Below, in pieces: positions 13,442 through 26,990 of a stretch of DNA of 64,000 bases. The DNA is from Octopus bimaculoides. Lineage: Eukaryota. The position numbers were made by a program, and so were the translations under genes. The notes under the pieces were generated by a model. The model did no database searches and was not told where the DNA came from. It saw nothing but the letters and a program-made list of their open reading frames with translations. Numbering within the stretch: the stretch's first letter is position 1; each line of letters starts with the position of its first letter. The stretch is from NCBI RefSeq assembly GCF_001194135.2, contig NC_068995.1, positions 35,241,428 through 35,305,427 on the forward strand, written 5' to 3'.

Positions 13442-13795
13442 TCTCTGATGCAGTACCAGGCAGTGGCCTTCATGACTTCTCATCTTAACTGATTGGAAGT
13501 GTTATGTACATTGTTTTGTCTTGGTAGAAAAGTTGGGCTACAGCAAATATTCTGCTAAATGCCACATATTTGTTTGTCATTTATTTGGCCTTAACTAGTT
13601 GAGCATATCTTTTAGTGGCCGAGGATTTGTGCAACTCTGATCACGAGCAGAAGTAGTGGGGAGCATCATAGCCATGTGTTGAAAGGTATTCTTTGGGGTT
13701 TGGATAATTCACCTTTGGAAAACCTGGGTGATTCGTTCGACATATTTAAACAACCCTTAATCAGGGACCTTTAAGCGGATGGGCAATACTTGCAT
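13441..13795. other. Non-microsatellite segment between the TAA array and RLE copy 2; probable interspersed repeat or element 5' region
   Basis: Begins directly after (AAT)n and joins RLE coding sequence without a TAA spacer; no ORF. Confidence 0.4.
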
Positions 13796-14135
13796 ATGAG
13801 AACGTTTCTCTAAAAGGAATGGAGAAACTTTCAAAATACAAAGACCTGGAAATAGAGGTAACTGGAATGTGGAATCTAAAAACAAAGACAATTCCTATCA
13901 TAATAAGCGCATTAGGTATAATAAAAAAAAATATTCAGACAAATACATAACAAAAACACCAGGACTTACAAATATATATAACATACAAATAAATTGCACT
14001 ACTGGGCACAACACACATCTTACGCACAGCACTTTCAATGCAGTAACCATAAGAGTATCACAGCAAACCACAGCACATACCCAAGGCACACAGAGCTGCC
14101 CTCGGTAGTGAAGTGAAAATACGCTATAAAAATAA
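13796..14135 (+). mobile_element. R4/Dong-like RLE element, 5'-truncated copy 2
   Basis: Same RLE C-terminus (EKLSKYKDLEIEV..WNLKT) and same 3' UTR as copy 1; followed by (AAT)n. Confidence 0.9.
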
Positions 14136-14140
14136 AACTA

Positions 14141-14229
<89 letters not shown>

Positions 14230-14309
14230 TAATAATAATAAAAATAATAATATAATAACAATAATAATAATATAATAATAATAAAAATAGTAATATAATA
14301 ATAATAATA

Positions 14310-14739
14310 ACACACAGATAGAGAAATTAAGACAAATAGACCAGATATAGTTGTCAAAGTTCATGAAGAAAAAAATGCTTTCTAATTGATGTATCAACAC
14401 AAGCAGATGACAACGTTTCCCTAAAAGAAAAACTTTCAAAATACAAAGACCTGTAAATAGAGGTAACTTGAATGTGGAATCTAAAAACAGAAACAATTCC
14501 TATCATAGTAGGTGCCTTAGGTATAATAAAAATATTCAGACAAATACATAACGAAAACACCAGGACTTAAAATATATATAACATACAGAAAATTGCACTA
14601 CTGGGCACTGCACACATCCTACGCAAAGTACTTTCAATACATTAACCATAAGAGCATCACAGCAAACCACAGCACATACCCAAGGCACACAGAGCTGCCC
14701 TCGGTAGTGAAGTGAATGAGCGCTATAAAAATAAAACTA

Positions 14740-14743
<4 letters not shown>
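14310..14743 (+). mobile_element. R4/Dong-like RLE element, 5'-truncated copy 3 (frameshifted)
   Basis: HTDREIKTNRPDIVVK...; same 3' UTR ending actactg followed by (AAT)n. Confidence 0.9.
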
Positions 14744-14831
<88 letters not shown>

Positions 14832-15427
14832 TAATAATAATAAAAATAATAATATAATAACAATAATAATAATATAGTAATAATAAAAATGATATAATAA
14901 TAATTATAATANNNNNNNNNNNNNNNNNNNNNNNNNNNNNNNNNNNNNNNNNNNNNNNNNNNNNNNNNNNNNNNNNNNNNNNNNNNNNNNNNNNNNNNNN
15001 NNNNNNNNNNNNNNNNNNNNNNNNNNNNNNNNNNNNNNNNNNNNNNNNNNNNNNNNNNNNNNNNNNNNNNNNNNNNNNNNNNNNNNNNNNNNNNNNNNNN
15101 NNNNNNNNNNNNNNNNNNNNNNNNNNNNNNNNNNNNNNNNNNNNNNNNNNNNNNNNNNNNNNNNNNNNNNNNNNNNNNNNNNNNNNNNNNNNNNNNNNNN
15201 NNNNNNNNNNNNNNNNNNNNNNNNNNNNNNNNNNNNNNNNNNNNNNNNNNNNNNNNNNNNNNNNNNNNNNNNNNNNNNNNNNNNNNNNNNNNNNNNNNNN
15301 NNNNNNNNNNNNNNNNNNNNNNNNNNNNNNNNNNNNNNNNNNNNNNNNNNNNNNNNNNNNNNNNNNNNNNNNNNNNNNNNNNNNNNNNNNNNNNNNNNNN
15401 NNNNNNNNNNNNNNNNNNNNNNNNNNN

Positions 15428-15532
<105 letters not shown>

Positions 15533-15544
15533 AATAATAATAAT

Positions 15545-15588
<44 letters not shown>

Positions 15589-15594
15589 TAATAA

Positions 15595-16318
15595 TGTATG
15601 ATTAACTGAAGAAGGGAACACTGAAAAAGAGATTGAGAGCACTATACTGGCAGTGCAAAACCAAGCTTTGGCCACGAATTGGAGAATCAACCTTAGGAAT
15701 GAACAAGTGTCTTCGCTGCGCCGCACTCGTTATAGAGTGGACGAAACCATAGCCCACATAACGAACGGATTCCGTAGACTTTCCCAAAACTACTGCAAGG
15801 TAGCGAAATTGCTACATTGGAAACTGTGCGAAAACTGGGGGAAAGATGTGGAGTGAGCAGAAACCGCAGAGAGTGGCGGAGTTGGAGACTTGTGAAATCA
15901 TCTGTGATTTCCATATCCAAGCAGATTAGGCGCTACAGCATAATAGACTGGATCTAGTGGTGGTCGAAAAGATGCACCACGTTTGCTATATAGTTGATGT
16001 TGTGTGCCCCTTTGACCCACGAATAGTCAAGAAGTACGAAATATCCCGGCTATGGAAAATGAAGAAGGTGAAGATTGTACAGATTATTGTACAAATTGCT
16101 TGGGGAAAGTATCACAAGGCATCAAGAGGAATATAAAGGAAATCGGAATAGTGTGCCCTGTAGAACTGATACAAAAATATTTCCTCTTTGGCACGGCAAG
16201 AATAATCAGGGAAGTATAAGATAGTGGTACTGTAGGCTACAGGCAGCAAGCCCGCTACGTATGCAAAGCTCCAGGAGCTCCAACAAAGCCTGACATAAAA
16301 TGACAAATTTTACTACTA
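15595..16318 (+). mobile_element. Second, older R4/Dong-like lineage: decayed zinc-knuckle plus RLE 3' fragment
   Basis: EIESTILAVQNQALATN..DETIAHITNG..KVAKLLHWKLCE..DFHIQAD*ALQHNRLDLVVVEK..IVDVVCPFD..FGTARIIREV. Flanked by TAA/TGA arrays; ends actac|taataat. Confidence 0.8.
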
Positions 16319-16499
16319 ATAATAATTTTGAAGATGATGATGATGGTGATAATGATGATGATGATGATGATGATACTATTAATTAAATAACAAAAGCAAT
16401 AGTACAGGACGATATAAAAAGAACGCTCCCATCTTAAGGCTTATGAAGAGAAAGAATGTGAAAGAGAAGATGAAGGATTTGATTAAATCATTTCCTCTA

Positions 16500-17330
16500 T
16501 AATTGAAGTCCTTTAAGCTAGTGACAACTAAATGGGCACGATTGCTCACGTAGTAGTTAGAGAGTTTAGAGTTGACCCAGTTACACTAGTGAGAAACAAA
16601 CTCTGGTGGAAGCAAAGTATCGAACAAACAAATGAAAATCCCTCGTAGAGAAGCCAGTCAATCCATGAAAGAAGGTAAACAACGAAATGAAACAAGAAAA
16701 TACTGTTAGGAAAGGAAACGTCATGAGAAGTAAAAAGATGTGATAGTAGTAATTTAAGAGCTTAAGCAACGGATCACAGTAAAATAAGAACAGATATGAA
16801 TAAAGGATAGATCAATTCCAACAAACCCAACTGCTTCAATGCATCCAAAAGAGACTGTTCGAAAATCTGTAAAGAACAAAGGTGGTGGTGGTGTTGTGGT
16901 GGACGGCGTCAATGATGCATAAAATTCTGGAGTGATGTATGAAGTAAACAAATAGATGGCAGAAAGGAAGCATACGCGATGAATCAAATTGAGAAAGAGT
17001 ACAGAGACACAACCAGAGAAGAAGTATCTCAGTCCTCCTGTTGAAACGAGTAGGGATACAAGGTTTTTACTATAAAAAATAAACGAGTGACCAAGATATG
17101 CTAGCAGAAATATTGGATCAATTTTTTAAAGAGAGACGAGTCAATCAATGAAAGAACAACGCTTATCATGAAAAATAAGAACAAAGGGGCATATCTCATA
17201 AAATCTGGTCCCCTTACTTGTCTCCTAGAAGTGACACTTCCAGGAAGTGAAGGGTTTCCTGTCTATAGAAATGAGGAAAAACGCAGAAAGCATTCAAGAG
17301 TCACTGAAGACCACCTTCCTTCTGATATGT
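16500..17330 (+). mobile_element. Decayed R4/Dong-like ORF, region N-terminal to and at the start of RT
   Basis: WWKQSIE..ELKQRITVK..RIDQFQQ..QKRLFENL..KFWSDV..ERTTLIMKNKNKGA..GPLTCL. Confidence 0.65.
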
Positions 17331-18204
17331 AAAATGAATATCAAAGAGTAGACAAGTTGAACTGAATAAGGCATGAATCGCCAATACTTGGTGTATAAAC
17401 TCCGCATTTCCATTGCGTTTGTTTTTAGTATTCCAAAATACATGTGTAATTGAGTGAGTGTGTGTATGTGTGAGTGAGTGAATTTGTTTGTGAGGGCGCG
17501 TTTGTGTGTGTATGGGTGTGTTTGTGGGTGTGATTGTGGGTACGTGTGTTTGTGGGTGCGTTTGTGTGTGCGTGTGTTTGTTGGGGTGCTTGTGTGTATG
17601 TGTGTTTGTGGGTGTGATAATGTGTGCGTGTGTTTGTGTGTGCGTGTACAATAAATTGCAAGCAAGTTGCTGGTTATTTTTCTAAGAATTTAATTTCGTA
17701 CAGAATTCCTGGTAGCTTTTCTGGTAATTTTATTTAATAAATAAGAGAGAGTGTTTTAGTTTCGACAGATCATAAACAGAGAAATCGCGATTCGATATTC
17801 TCTAGAGATTTTATTTTGTAACACTTTCATGATTTTTGTCTCTGTCTTATTTAATTTGTTCTTTAGTAACATTGGTAACAGACGAGATTCGTAAACATTC
17901 AAAGTTGCATCCATTAAATCTCGAGGAGATTACTTTCGTTCCAATATGGGTTTTGTTTAAATATATTGGTTCATTTCGTGCTATCATTGTCGTTGTGTCA
18001 AAGTTAAGAGTAGGTGTTTTGATGGAGAGCATCCACGATTGATTGTGTGCATCTTTGTTTCTTCAGTACTGAAATCAGATATCATGAGTAGGTTATTTCA
18101 ATGTGTGAGTAAATCTATTTGCCCACGAAGCTGTCTTCTGAACGTAAGATTTCAACTTTAAAGACTTACTACCTCCTCTGAACTTGAAATTTGAAATGAA
18201 TGTA

Positions 18205-18395
18205 AAGGCGGCAAACTGGCAGAATCATTAGCACGCCGAGCAAAATGCTTAGTGCGATTTCGTCAGTCTTAACGTTCTGAGTTCAAATTCCACCGAGGTC
18301 AACTTTGACTTTCATCCTCTCAGATTCGATAAAATAAACACCAGTTGAACACTGGGGTCGATGTAATTGACTTACCCCCTGGACGAAATTGTATT
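18205..18395 (+). mobile_element. tRNA-derived SINE family C
   Basis: ggcggcaaactggcagaatcattagcacgcc..gttcaaattcc (A/B-box-like); matches reverse complement of 36490-36683. Confidence 0.85.
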
Positions 18396-19039
18396 CAGTA
18401 TTTGAAATTTAAAAGAATAGGTATATAACCAATTACAACTATGATCGTAGAGATAATTTGCATTTACTTCGACCTGCAAGCTGAAAAAACTCCACATTAT
18501 TAAATATTAATTATTTCACATCTGACTAAATCATAACAAGTATAAACAGATACGTGTATTGTGCCAAGTCTCAAAAACTAGTTATAGCTATTGTAGACCT
18601 TTCTGGGCAGCAAAACAATATATCTTTGTATATATTGTATGCATTTTATGCAGTGGCATCCATATCTTTCACGGTATAGGAGAACAACGGAATTTAGTTT
18701 TCAAATAAATATCATTGTAAGTTTGATCGTAATATGTGACAAAATACATGAGAGGGTTTCAGGTAAATATACAATATTTTGTACATTTGTTTATCAGTTG
18801 TATCCCACATCCAGGTATGGAATCCAACTTCTTTGGTATATGCAAATATCATGTTGGTATTATATGGTAAGTTCCTTAAAAGTATAATCATATATTTAAA
18901 ATGTATCAGAAAGATCCTATATTTAAAAATAGAGTTCAACGAAGCATGACCATAAATTTCAAAATACAATAGAAAGAGTACACATACAGGCACAGACATA
19001 CAGACATACACACATACACATACACACACACTCACAAAC

Positions 19040-19114
<75 letters not shown>

Positions 19115-19115
19115 A
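19040..19115. repeat. (TCTA)n microsatellite
   Basis: Visible directly. Confidence 0.95.
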
Positions 19116-19301
19116 ATCTATATATCTATCTATCAATATAACGCATAAATAGAGCCTCAAAGATTGCTTTAGGATACATGAATTATTTTATAAATATATT
19201 TGTTCAAAATATATCATGATACTATTAGTAGCTCTTTCCGTGGTATATAATTTGATATATATGTATACACACACACACACACACACACGGATATATATGT
19301 A

Positions 19302-19353
<52 letters not shown>

Positions 19354-20316
19354 NNNNNNNNNNNNNNNNNNNNNNNNNNNNNNNNNNNNNNNNNNNNNNN
19401 NNNNNNNNNNNNNNNNNNNNNNNNNNNNNNNNNNNNNNNNNNNNNNNNNNNNNNNNNNNNNNNNNNNNNNNNNNNNNNNNNNNNNNNNNNNNNNNNNNNN
19501 NNNNNNNNNNNNNNNNNNNNNNNNNNNNNNNNNNNNNNNNNNNNNNNNNNNNNNNNNNNNNNNNNNNNNNNNNNNNNNNNNNNNNNNNNNNNNNNNNNNN
19601 NNNNNNNNNNNNNNNNNNNNNNNNNNNNNNNNNNNNNNNNNNNNNNNNNNNNNNNNNNNNNNNNNNNNNNNNNNNNNNNNNNNNNNNNNNNNNNNNNNNN
19701 NNNNNNNNNNNNNNNNNNNNNNNNNNNNNNNNNNNNNNNNNNNNNNNNNNNNNNNNNNNNNNNNNNNNNNNNNNNNNNNNNNNNNNNNNNNNNNNNNNNN
19801 NNNNNNNNNNNNNNNNNNNNNNNNNNNNNNNNNNNNNNNNNNNNNNNNNNNNNNNNNNNNNNNNNNNNNNNNNNNNNNNNNNNNNNNNNNNNNNNNNNNN
19901 NNNNNNNNNNNNNNNNNNNNNNNNNNNNNNNNNNNNNNNNNNNNNNNNNNNNNNNNNNNNNNNNNNNNNNNNNNNNNNNNNNNNNNNNNNNNNNNNNNNN
20001 NNNNNNNNNNNNNNNNNNNNNNNNNNNNNNNNNNNNNNNNNNNNNNNNNNNNNNNNNNNNNNNNNNNNNNNNNNNNNNNNNNNNNNNNNNNNNNNNNNNN
20101 NNNNNNNNNNNNNNNNNNNNNNNNNNNNNNNNNNNNNNNNNNNNNNNNNNNNNNNNNNNNNNNNNNNNNNNNNNNNNNNNNNNNNNNNNNNNNNNNNNNN
20201 NNNNNNTATATATATATATATATATATATATATGATACAACACCGGACATAACAGCAGCTTTCGTTCCCTCATGAAAGATGATAACATCCAACGTTTTCC
20301 CAAAAATACAGACAGG

Positions 20317-20348
<32 letters not shown>

Positions 20349-20849
20349 TAGACGGACAGATATATATATATATATATATAGATAGATAGATAGATAGGTA
20401 AGTCTATAGATATATCAATATATTTGCATGTAGAGATATATATTATAAATATACAAATAGACAGGAAATTGAACTGAAATGAAAAGAAATTAAAATCGGT
20501 AAATAATTTGAACTGATCCTTGGTGGCAGTTGGACAACGAAAGGTATGTGATAACCTTTTATCATTTTAATTCATCTCTTGTTTCTTTAAGCTATAAGCA
20601 TATAATATCTGTCAAAATATATTAAACCAAGGTAAATAAGCAATATATTCTTAGTTCATTTCCATTATATTTATAAATTCAGTTTTAATTAAATGGTAGG
20701 ATTTCAAAGGATTTTTTGAAATTCTTTGCTTGTCCTTAATATACTAAGATAATGTTTTCAAATATGCTGGCTTACACCATGGATATCCACGGGAATTGAT
20801 AGTTATTATTATTATCATTGCTTTTGCTGTTGTTGCTGTTAAGAATGCT

Positions 20850-21490
20850 GCAAACTTGCAGAACCGTTAGCACGCTGGAGAAAATTCTTACCCGCGTTTC
20901 GTCCGAAATTACGTTCTGAATTCAAATTCTACCAAGATTAACTTTGTGTTCATCTTTTGTCGATCAATAAAATAAAGTACCAGTCAAACTCTGGTATCTA
21001 TGTATTCGACTGCCCCTCCTCGCCCTCCATCCCACTCGAAATGATTGGCCTTGCGCCAAAATTAGGAAGAATTATTATTATTAGCACTGGCACGGTAGTG
21101 AGCTGGAATAGTAGTTACCGAATCGGAAAAGCTAATCATGGTATTTATTTTAGCTTTCTACGTTCAAATTCCACCGAGGTCGATTTTGTCTTTATCCATT
21201 AAGAGTGGATAAAATAAGTACTAGTTGTGATTTAATATCGATAGAATCGACTAACACAGCTTCTATAAATTTTTGGAAATGTGCCACAATTTTAAATCAA
21301 TTGTAAGGCGACGAGCTGGCAAAACTTCGTGCCATTTTTCTTGCTCTACTGAGATCAAATCATCAACTTTACTTTACATTTTTTTAGGGGTGTATGAAGT
21401 AAAGTACCACCCAAGTACTGGAGTTGATGTAATGAACTTGATCCTTCCCACAAAAATTACTTATTTTGTGCCAAAATTAGAACGAATTTT
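20850..21490 (+). mobile_element. Cluster of three degenerate tandem SINE family C copies (~20850-21070, 21085-21270, 21300-21490)
   Basis: Repeated 'ctggcagaa..gttcaaattccaccgaggtcga..ataagtac..ggggtcgat..gtgccaaaattag' motifs. Confidence 0.7.
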
Positions 21491-23379
21491 TTATTATTGT
21501 CTCTTTTTTTGGTTTCATCTACATTTTATTTTTGCTGTTTGAGGTATGACCACGGCAGACATGAAGCTGGTGAGAAGGAAGTCGAAGACGAGAAGAAAGA
21601 GTAAAAGAAATATAAGGTTCATTATTATCTGTAACTACTGCAGCGCTAAGATTAGAAGAAAATAATATTCATTGCAGTGTTAGCAATAATTGTGCTGATG
21701 TTACCCTAATTGACGATAATAGTGACTGATGATGCATACACTGCTTTTATGAGGATTTCTTTCGTCTGAAGCATATAAATAAGGATTTAAAAAACACAAC
21801 CAGAACTGATTAGAATTGCTCAAATGATTAGAATACAAGTTTACACAGTATCAATGTTAAATTTTCTAATAGCTAAATTTAAATTTCCTAATTGTGAAAT
21901 TTTAATTTTCCGATTGTAAAAAGTCACTGCTGATATTTCATATATCACAATTCAAAAAATAGGATTCATATATCCTCTCGTTATCACCGAATTATCTCAT
22001 GTAATTTACCATAAAAAAGGAAAAATTCACATTTGATTTTCTTTTTTTTTTTATTATATGTATGCTGTTAAAATATTTTGTCAATGTTTTTCATTTATTT
22101 CTCGTGCTTCTAGAACGTCATATTTGTTAACATCGCATTTCGTTAACAATTTGAAAATAAGTAATATAACAAAGATGCAATGCCCTTTTACTTCATGGTT
22201 TAGAATCGTGTAGAACTCTCTTAGATATATAGATGGGGGGGGNNNNNNNNNNNNNNNNNGGGGGGGGGGGGGCTCTCTCTTCCATTCTCACTCTTCCGCA
22301 CTATACACCCTTGTCAATCATGCCTCAGAGATTGTTAATAAAAGCTACTGACAACCGTTTTGCAGATTAGAACACCTTTTAATCTACTTTGACCTTCTGC
22401 ACAGAGGCTTAATAGACACGCATCTTAGTCACCTAATAGAAAGCAGCAATGTTTCTCTAAACAGAATTATTGCAATTAACCATTATGAAGTACAGGACGA
22501 ATACCTGACCCATCAAAATAGAGGCATAGGAGTATAATATTGACGGCATTGACCACGAATTTGAATAATTTAAAAAATATATATTCTGATAACTAAATTC
22601 TTAGGCATTGAAAATTTACATAACAATCCGAGAATTATAGATGCTATTACTGTGAAGAAATGTAATACAATAATTTATAAATGCAATCAATATTATAAAT
22701 ATTCAGTTATTAACCTTGTCATCATTTCTTCTACTGTTTGTGAAGGTACGAGAATTGGAAATATTTTTGTTGATTGCAATCTATATACGTGACTAAGTAT
22801 TCATAAGTATGTATAAATCACAGAAACCGATAAGTTAATGAAATAAAAACTGTTTTCTCTAGACGCAGATGTTTGGAAAACCAATCGAAACCACCAGCTT
22901 ATAGTGATTATTTTTAAAGACAATTGCACCAGTTAAATAATGTATTTGTAATAACCTAGGGGGAGTAACAGAGTCAGTGGATGTAAGTGGTACGTAATGC
23001 TTTCATAGAGTCGAAAGTTTTCAATTGATCGTACAATGCAAATTCGATTCTTTCTTAAATCCTTCATTCGCTCTTTGTCATTAGCTTTCTGTGTTTTTTT
23101 ATATTTTTCATTTTTTCTCATTTTCTTTCGTAATGTAAAGACTTTATAACTTATCTTAGACTAGATAATAGTTAGATCATTCTGACTATGACTTATGAAT
23201 ATTATTATGTAAAATATAAACAAACTGTCTCAAAGAAAAATCGCCCCTATTACTATGCATATCATCACGAAGATAGTTGAGGATTTATAAAAGAACTTTT
23301 ATGATTATTATCATATATCTTTTAAAATCAATGCTCACATGGTGTCTCGCGAGCGTGCGTGTACATGCGTCTGTCTATT

Positions 23380-23428
<49 letters not shown>

Positions 23429-24399
23429 NNNNNNNNNNNNNNNNNNNNNNNNNNNNNNNNNNNNNNNNNNNNNNNNNNNNNNNNNNNNNNNNNNNNNNNN
23501 NNNNNNNNNNNNNNNNNNNNNNNNNNNNNNNNNNNNNNNNNNNNNNNNNNNNNNNNNNNNNNNNNNNNNNNNNNNNNNNNNNNNNNNNNNNNNNNNNNNN
23601 NNNNNNNNNNNNNNNNNNNNNNNNNNNNNNNNNNNNNNNNNNNNNNNNNNNNNNNNNNNNNNNNNNNNNNNNNNNNNNNNNNNNNNNNNNNNNNNNNNNN
23701 NNNNNNNNNNNNNNNNNNNNNNNNNNNNNNNNNNNNNNNNNNNNNNNNNNNNNNNNNNNNNNNNNNNNNNNATATATATATATATAAGCAGACATACATA
23801 TATACGTACATACAGCGTCGCTTATGTGACCAAACACAGATTACGAAACTGCTGTCAACAACAGGAATAAACATCTGTTCTCTCACCTCTCATATCACCT
23901 CAGTTTATAAATATATTTATATTTATACTAACATTCTCGTGTAAAAGATACCAACAGTTTAATTCAAGATGGAAAATGACGCATGAATGCAAATCATTGA
24001 TAAATGCTAGCACTCCTGTAAATATATGTGCAAACACAGAATTGTAGTACTTAAAAAAAAGATACTGTTGTAAAATCTAGTTTTAAAATGTTATAGTCCA
24101 CATGTATGAAACATTAACTTTTGAACGGTCACCTAGATCAGATTTTTTAAGATCATATGCTCTTTCTGTCAAGGACCTAAACCTGTTTACAAGTAAAATA
24201 GTATTGCACAATACCCAGACATGATTGTATGTAAAATATGAAACAAAGTTCAAAGCTTGCTTGACAGTAGGCACTCGTTTAAACTATTTCCCGATATCAA
24301 GTCAACGAAGCAGTAAAACATTCGCACACATATATAAACACATATATAGATATTCATAGATATATACATATGTATGCACGCATATATATGACAGCTGCA

Positions 24400-26370
24400 A
24401 CCTCGTTACACGAGAAAAGCCATTGCGAAGAAGACTTACTGAAGTGATTCATGATTGTTGCCATGCGACGCCCTTATATGACTTTTAAGCCCGGTGAAGC
24501 TTTTACACATTTTATTACATACTAGACAACTGTGCTGGCTGGCAGGAGAAACAGGTGCCACCATACGCACTCTCTTAACATGTCTTTTTAGACCTCCAAC
24601 TGAGAGGCACACCCTTCCACACATTCTGTTATGGATTTTAAAAGCCACATCATTGTTTGTTATGGGTCGATTTCTATGAGAATTTTGATAGCTCACCAGG
24701 CCTGCACGACTCAAACACCTCCGCCCACAAACCACACACATGAAAATCAACACTCTCTCTCACTCTCCACAGGTTTCCTCTTCTAAGCTCCCTCCTAATT
24801 CTCTCATACATCACTCTCCCCTTCTTAAACTTTGAACAATCATCTTGCACTATCTTCCTCCATCCATCACGCACTACCTTCCTCCATCCCTCTCCCAATT
24901 ACTAGCTGCAATTCTTGTCTGTTTTAGAGCATTTTTAAGGCAATCTTTAAACCTTCGTTTAGGCTTATGCGCTGGTATCCTGCCATCTTCCAGCTCACCA
25001 TACAATGGCTGCTTAGGCACTCGCTCATCACTCATCCTTACCCCCCCTCACCTCAAAATCTTTGCAAAATCATTGACTCTATGCTTCTATTGCCACTCCT
25101 CTCAAGCACCTCCACATTACTAATGGCCATTTTCTAGTTTATCACCCATATTTTTCTCAGACAGTATTGAGGAAATCGTTCTAATTGCCTTACCTGCCTA
25201 CGGTAAACAACTCATGCCTCACTTCCATATAGCAAAGATGGGACGACGCATGTGTTATATACCTCAACTTTAATTTGTGAAGATATATTATGTTGTTTCC
25301 ACAGACGCCTATCAATCCTACCAAAAGCACTACTAGCCCTGCTGATTCGGTATGAAATTTCGTCATGAAGACCAGCAGTGCTCAAGGTTTTTCCCAAATA
25401 AATAAATCTAGGTACAATCTCCAACCTTTGACCTTTCACAGTTATAAAAGGTTCCACATACATCTTGTTGGAAGCGGGCTGGTACATTATAACAGGTTGT
25501 TTAGATTGATTGTTAGACCCAATGCTACACATGCTGACGAAATCGCATTCACCATGTGCTGCATATCTTTCTTAGAATGTGCGAACAAGTCATAATCATC
25601 TGCATACAAAAACTCAACGAGGTGAGAATGCAGATCTTTCGTTTTGGCACAGGGTCTTTTGAGAACAGTTTTCCTGTTGTCCTATATCTTATATTGACCT
25701 CTTCGTGGCAATCTTTAAAAGCTATTTAAAGACTATTGCGAAATATATAGTAAACAGTATAGGAGCAGGAATATCACCTTGTTTTACACTATTTTCTACA
25801 GAAATTGGATCTGATAAGGTGCCTCCAAAGTTAACTCTCACTTTCATCTTGTCATGAAATTGTCTAAGCACTCTCACAAATTTTTCAGCGCATTCTAACT
25901 CTTTTAGGATCTCCCAAAGTGCAGTTCTATTGATAGAATCAAACGCTTTTGTTAGGTCAATGAAAACCTGGTATAAGTCTATATCTTGTTCAATGCACTT
26001 CTCTTGCAACTCTCTAGCCAAGTATATCTTATCCATAGTAATCCTACTATCCCTAAACCCACATTGCGATTCTGGTAGAACCTCATCAGCAAAGTGCAGA
26101 AGCAATCTATCCAGCATTACCCTACAGAGGACCTTTCCAGCAACAGCTAACAGACAGATGCCGCAATAATTATCATAGACATCCTTTCTACCTTTAGATT
26201 TATATAGTATCTCCATAGTTGCATCACGCCAATCCGGAGGAACCTCTTCACTTTCCCAAATCCTCTGAATCACATCTGTCAACACTGCAGAAAGATGATC
26301 GCCACCATATTTATATCTCTGCACCAAGTCCATCCATACCAGGGGCCTTTCCATTGTACATATTTCAAGG
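24400..26370 (-). mobile_element. RTE-clade LINE, 5'-truncated ORF2 (RT plus C-terminal C2H2-like fingers), with frameshifts
   Basis: NGKAPGMDG..VPPDWRDA..LPESQCGFR..FIDLTKAFDSINR..VKQGD..PILF; 25540-25620 carries the FxYADD-type catalytic motif; FIYLG..EISYRISRASSAFGR; three CxxC..H fingers at 24455-24745. Confidence 0.92.
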
Positions 26371-26371
26371 T

Positions 26372-26490
26372 TGTAAAACAGAATGTAGTATCGAGGAAGT
26401 TTACACTACAATAATCTTTTTTCTACAGTAATGTTGAGTCCTATGTTCTTAAATAGTTTAAAGAAATGCTTCCTATGGCTTTCTGCTTGT
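26372..26490 (-). mobile_element. Small Penelope-like RT fragment
   Basis: HRKHFFKLFKNIGLNITVEK..SVNFLDTTFC matches the PLE RT pattern 'KLF...GL.IT.E....VNFLD.TF'. Confidence 0.6.
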
Positions 26491-26504
26491 ACTTTAATAC
26501 TCAT

Positions 26505-26615
26505 ACATACATACATACATACATACATACATACATACATACATGCATGCATGCATACATACATACGTACATACGTACAATAGTACATACATACATACGT
26601 ACATACGTACAATAG

Positions 26616-26645
<30 letters not shown>
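26505..26645. repeat. (TACA)n compound microsatellite
   Basis: Visible directly. Confidence 0.95.
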
Positions 26646-26646
<1 letters not shown>

Positions 26647-26649
26647 GAA

Positions 26650-26990
26650 AGCTTCTTTCAGCTTCTGTCCATCACATCCACTCACAAGGCACGAGGCTAA
26701 TGTCGAAGGTGCCATGCAGTGAGATTGAGCCCAGAACCATGTGACTAGTGAGCAAACTTCTTATTACACAGCCACGCCTTTATGATCTATTATCATTTAC
26801 TTGTATCAGTCAGAGAGCGGCAATGCTGGGACGCAACTTTGAAGGGTTTTAGTCGAACGAATCGAGTCCAGCACCATTTTAAGCTTGGTACTTTCATCAA
26901 TCTCATTTATCGGTAAGTTAGGGAGACGTAAACAAGTGAACACAGTTTCTCAAGCAGTGGTGGGGTAGAAATAAGGACAAAATGACATGC
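26650..26990 (-). mobile_element. Two partial SINE family B pieces (head 26650-26778; tail 26790-26990)
   Basis: Reverse complements match the head and tail of 32801-33240. Confidence 0.7.

Noticed and set aside
19216-20303. Long ORFs spanning N-gaps (also 23.3-23.9, 27.1-27.8, 38.6-39.4, 41.0-41.7, 44.9-46.8, 52.2-52.9, 61.4-62.0 kb)
   Set aside because: Artefacts of translating N runs and flanking (TA)n/(CA)n/(AG)n.
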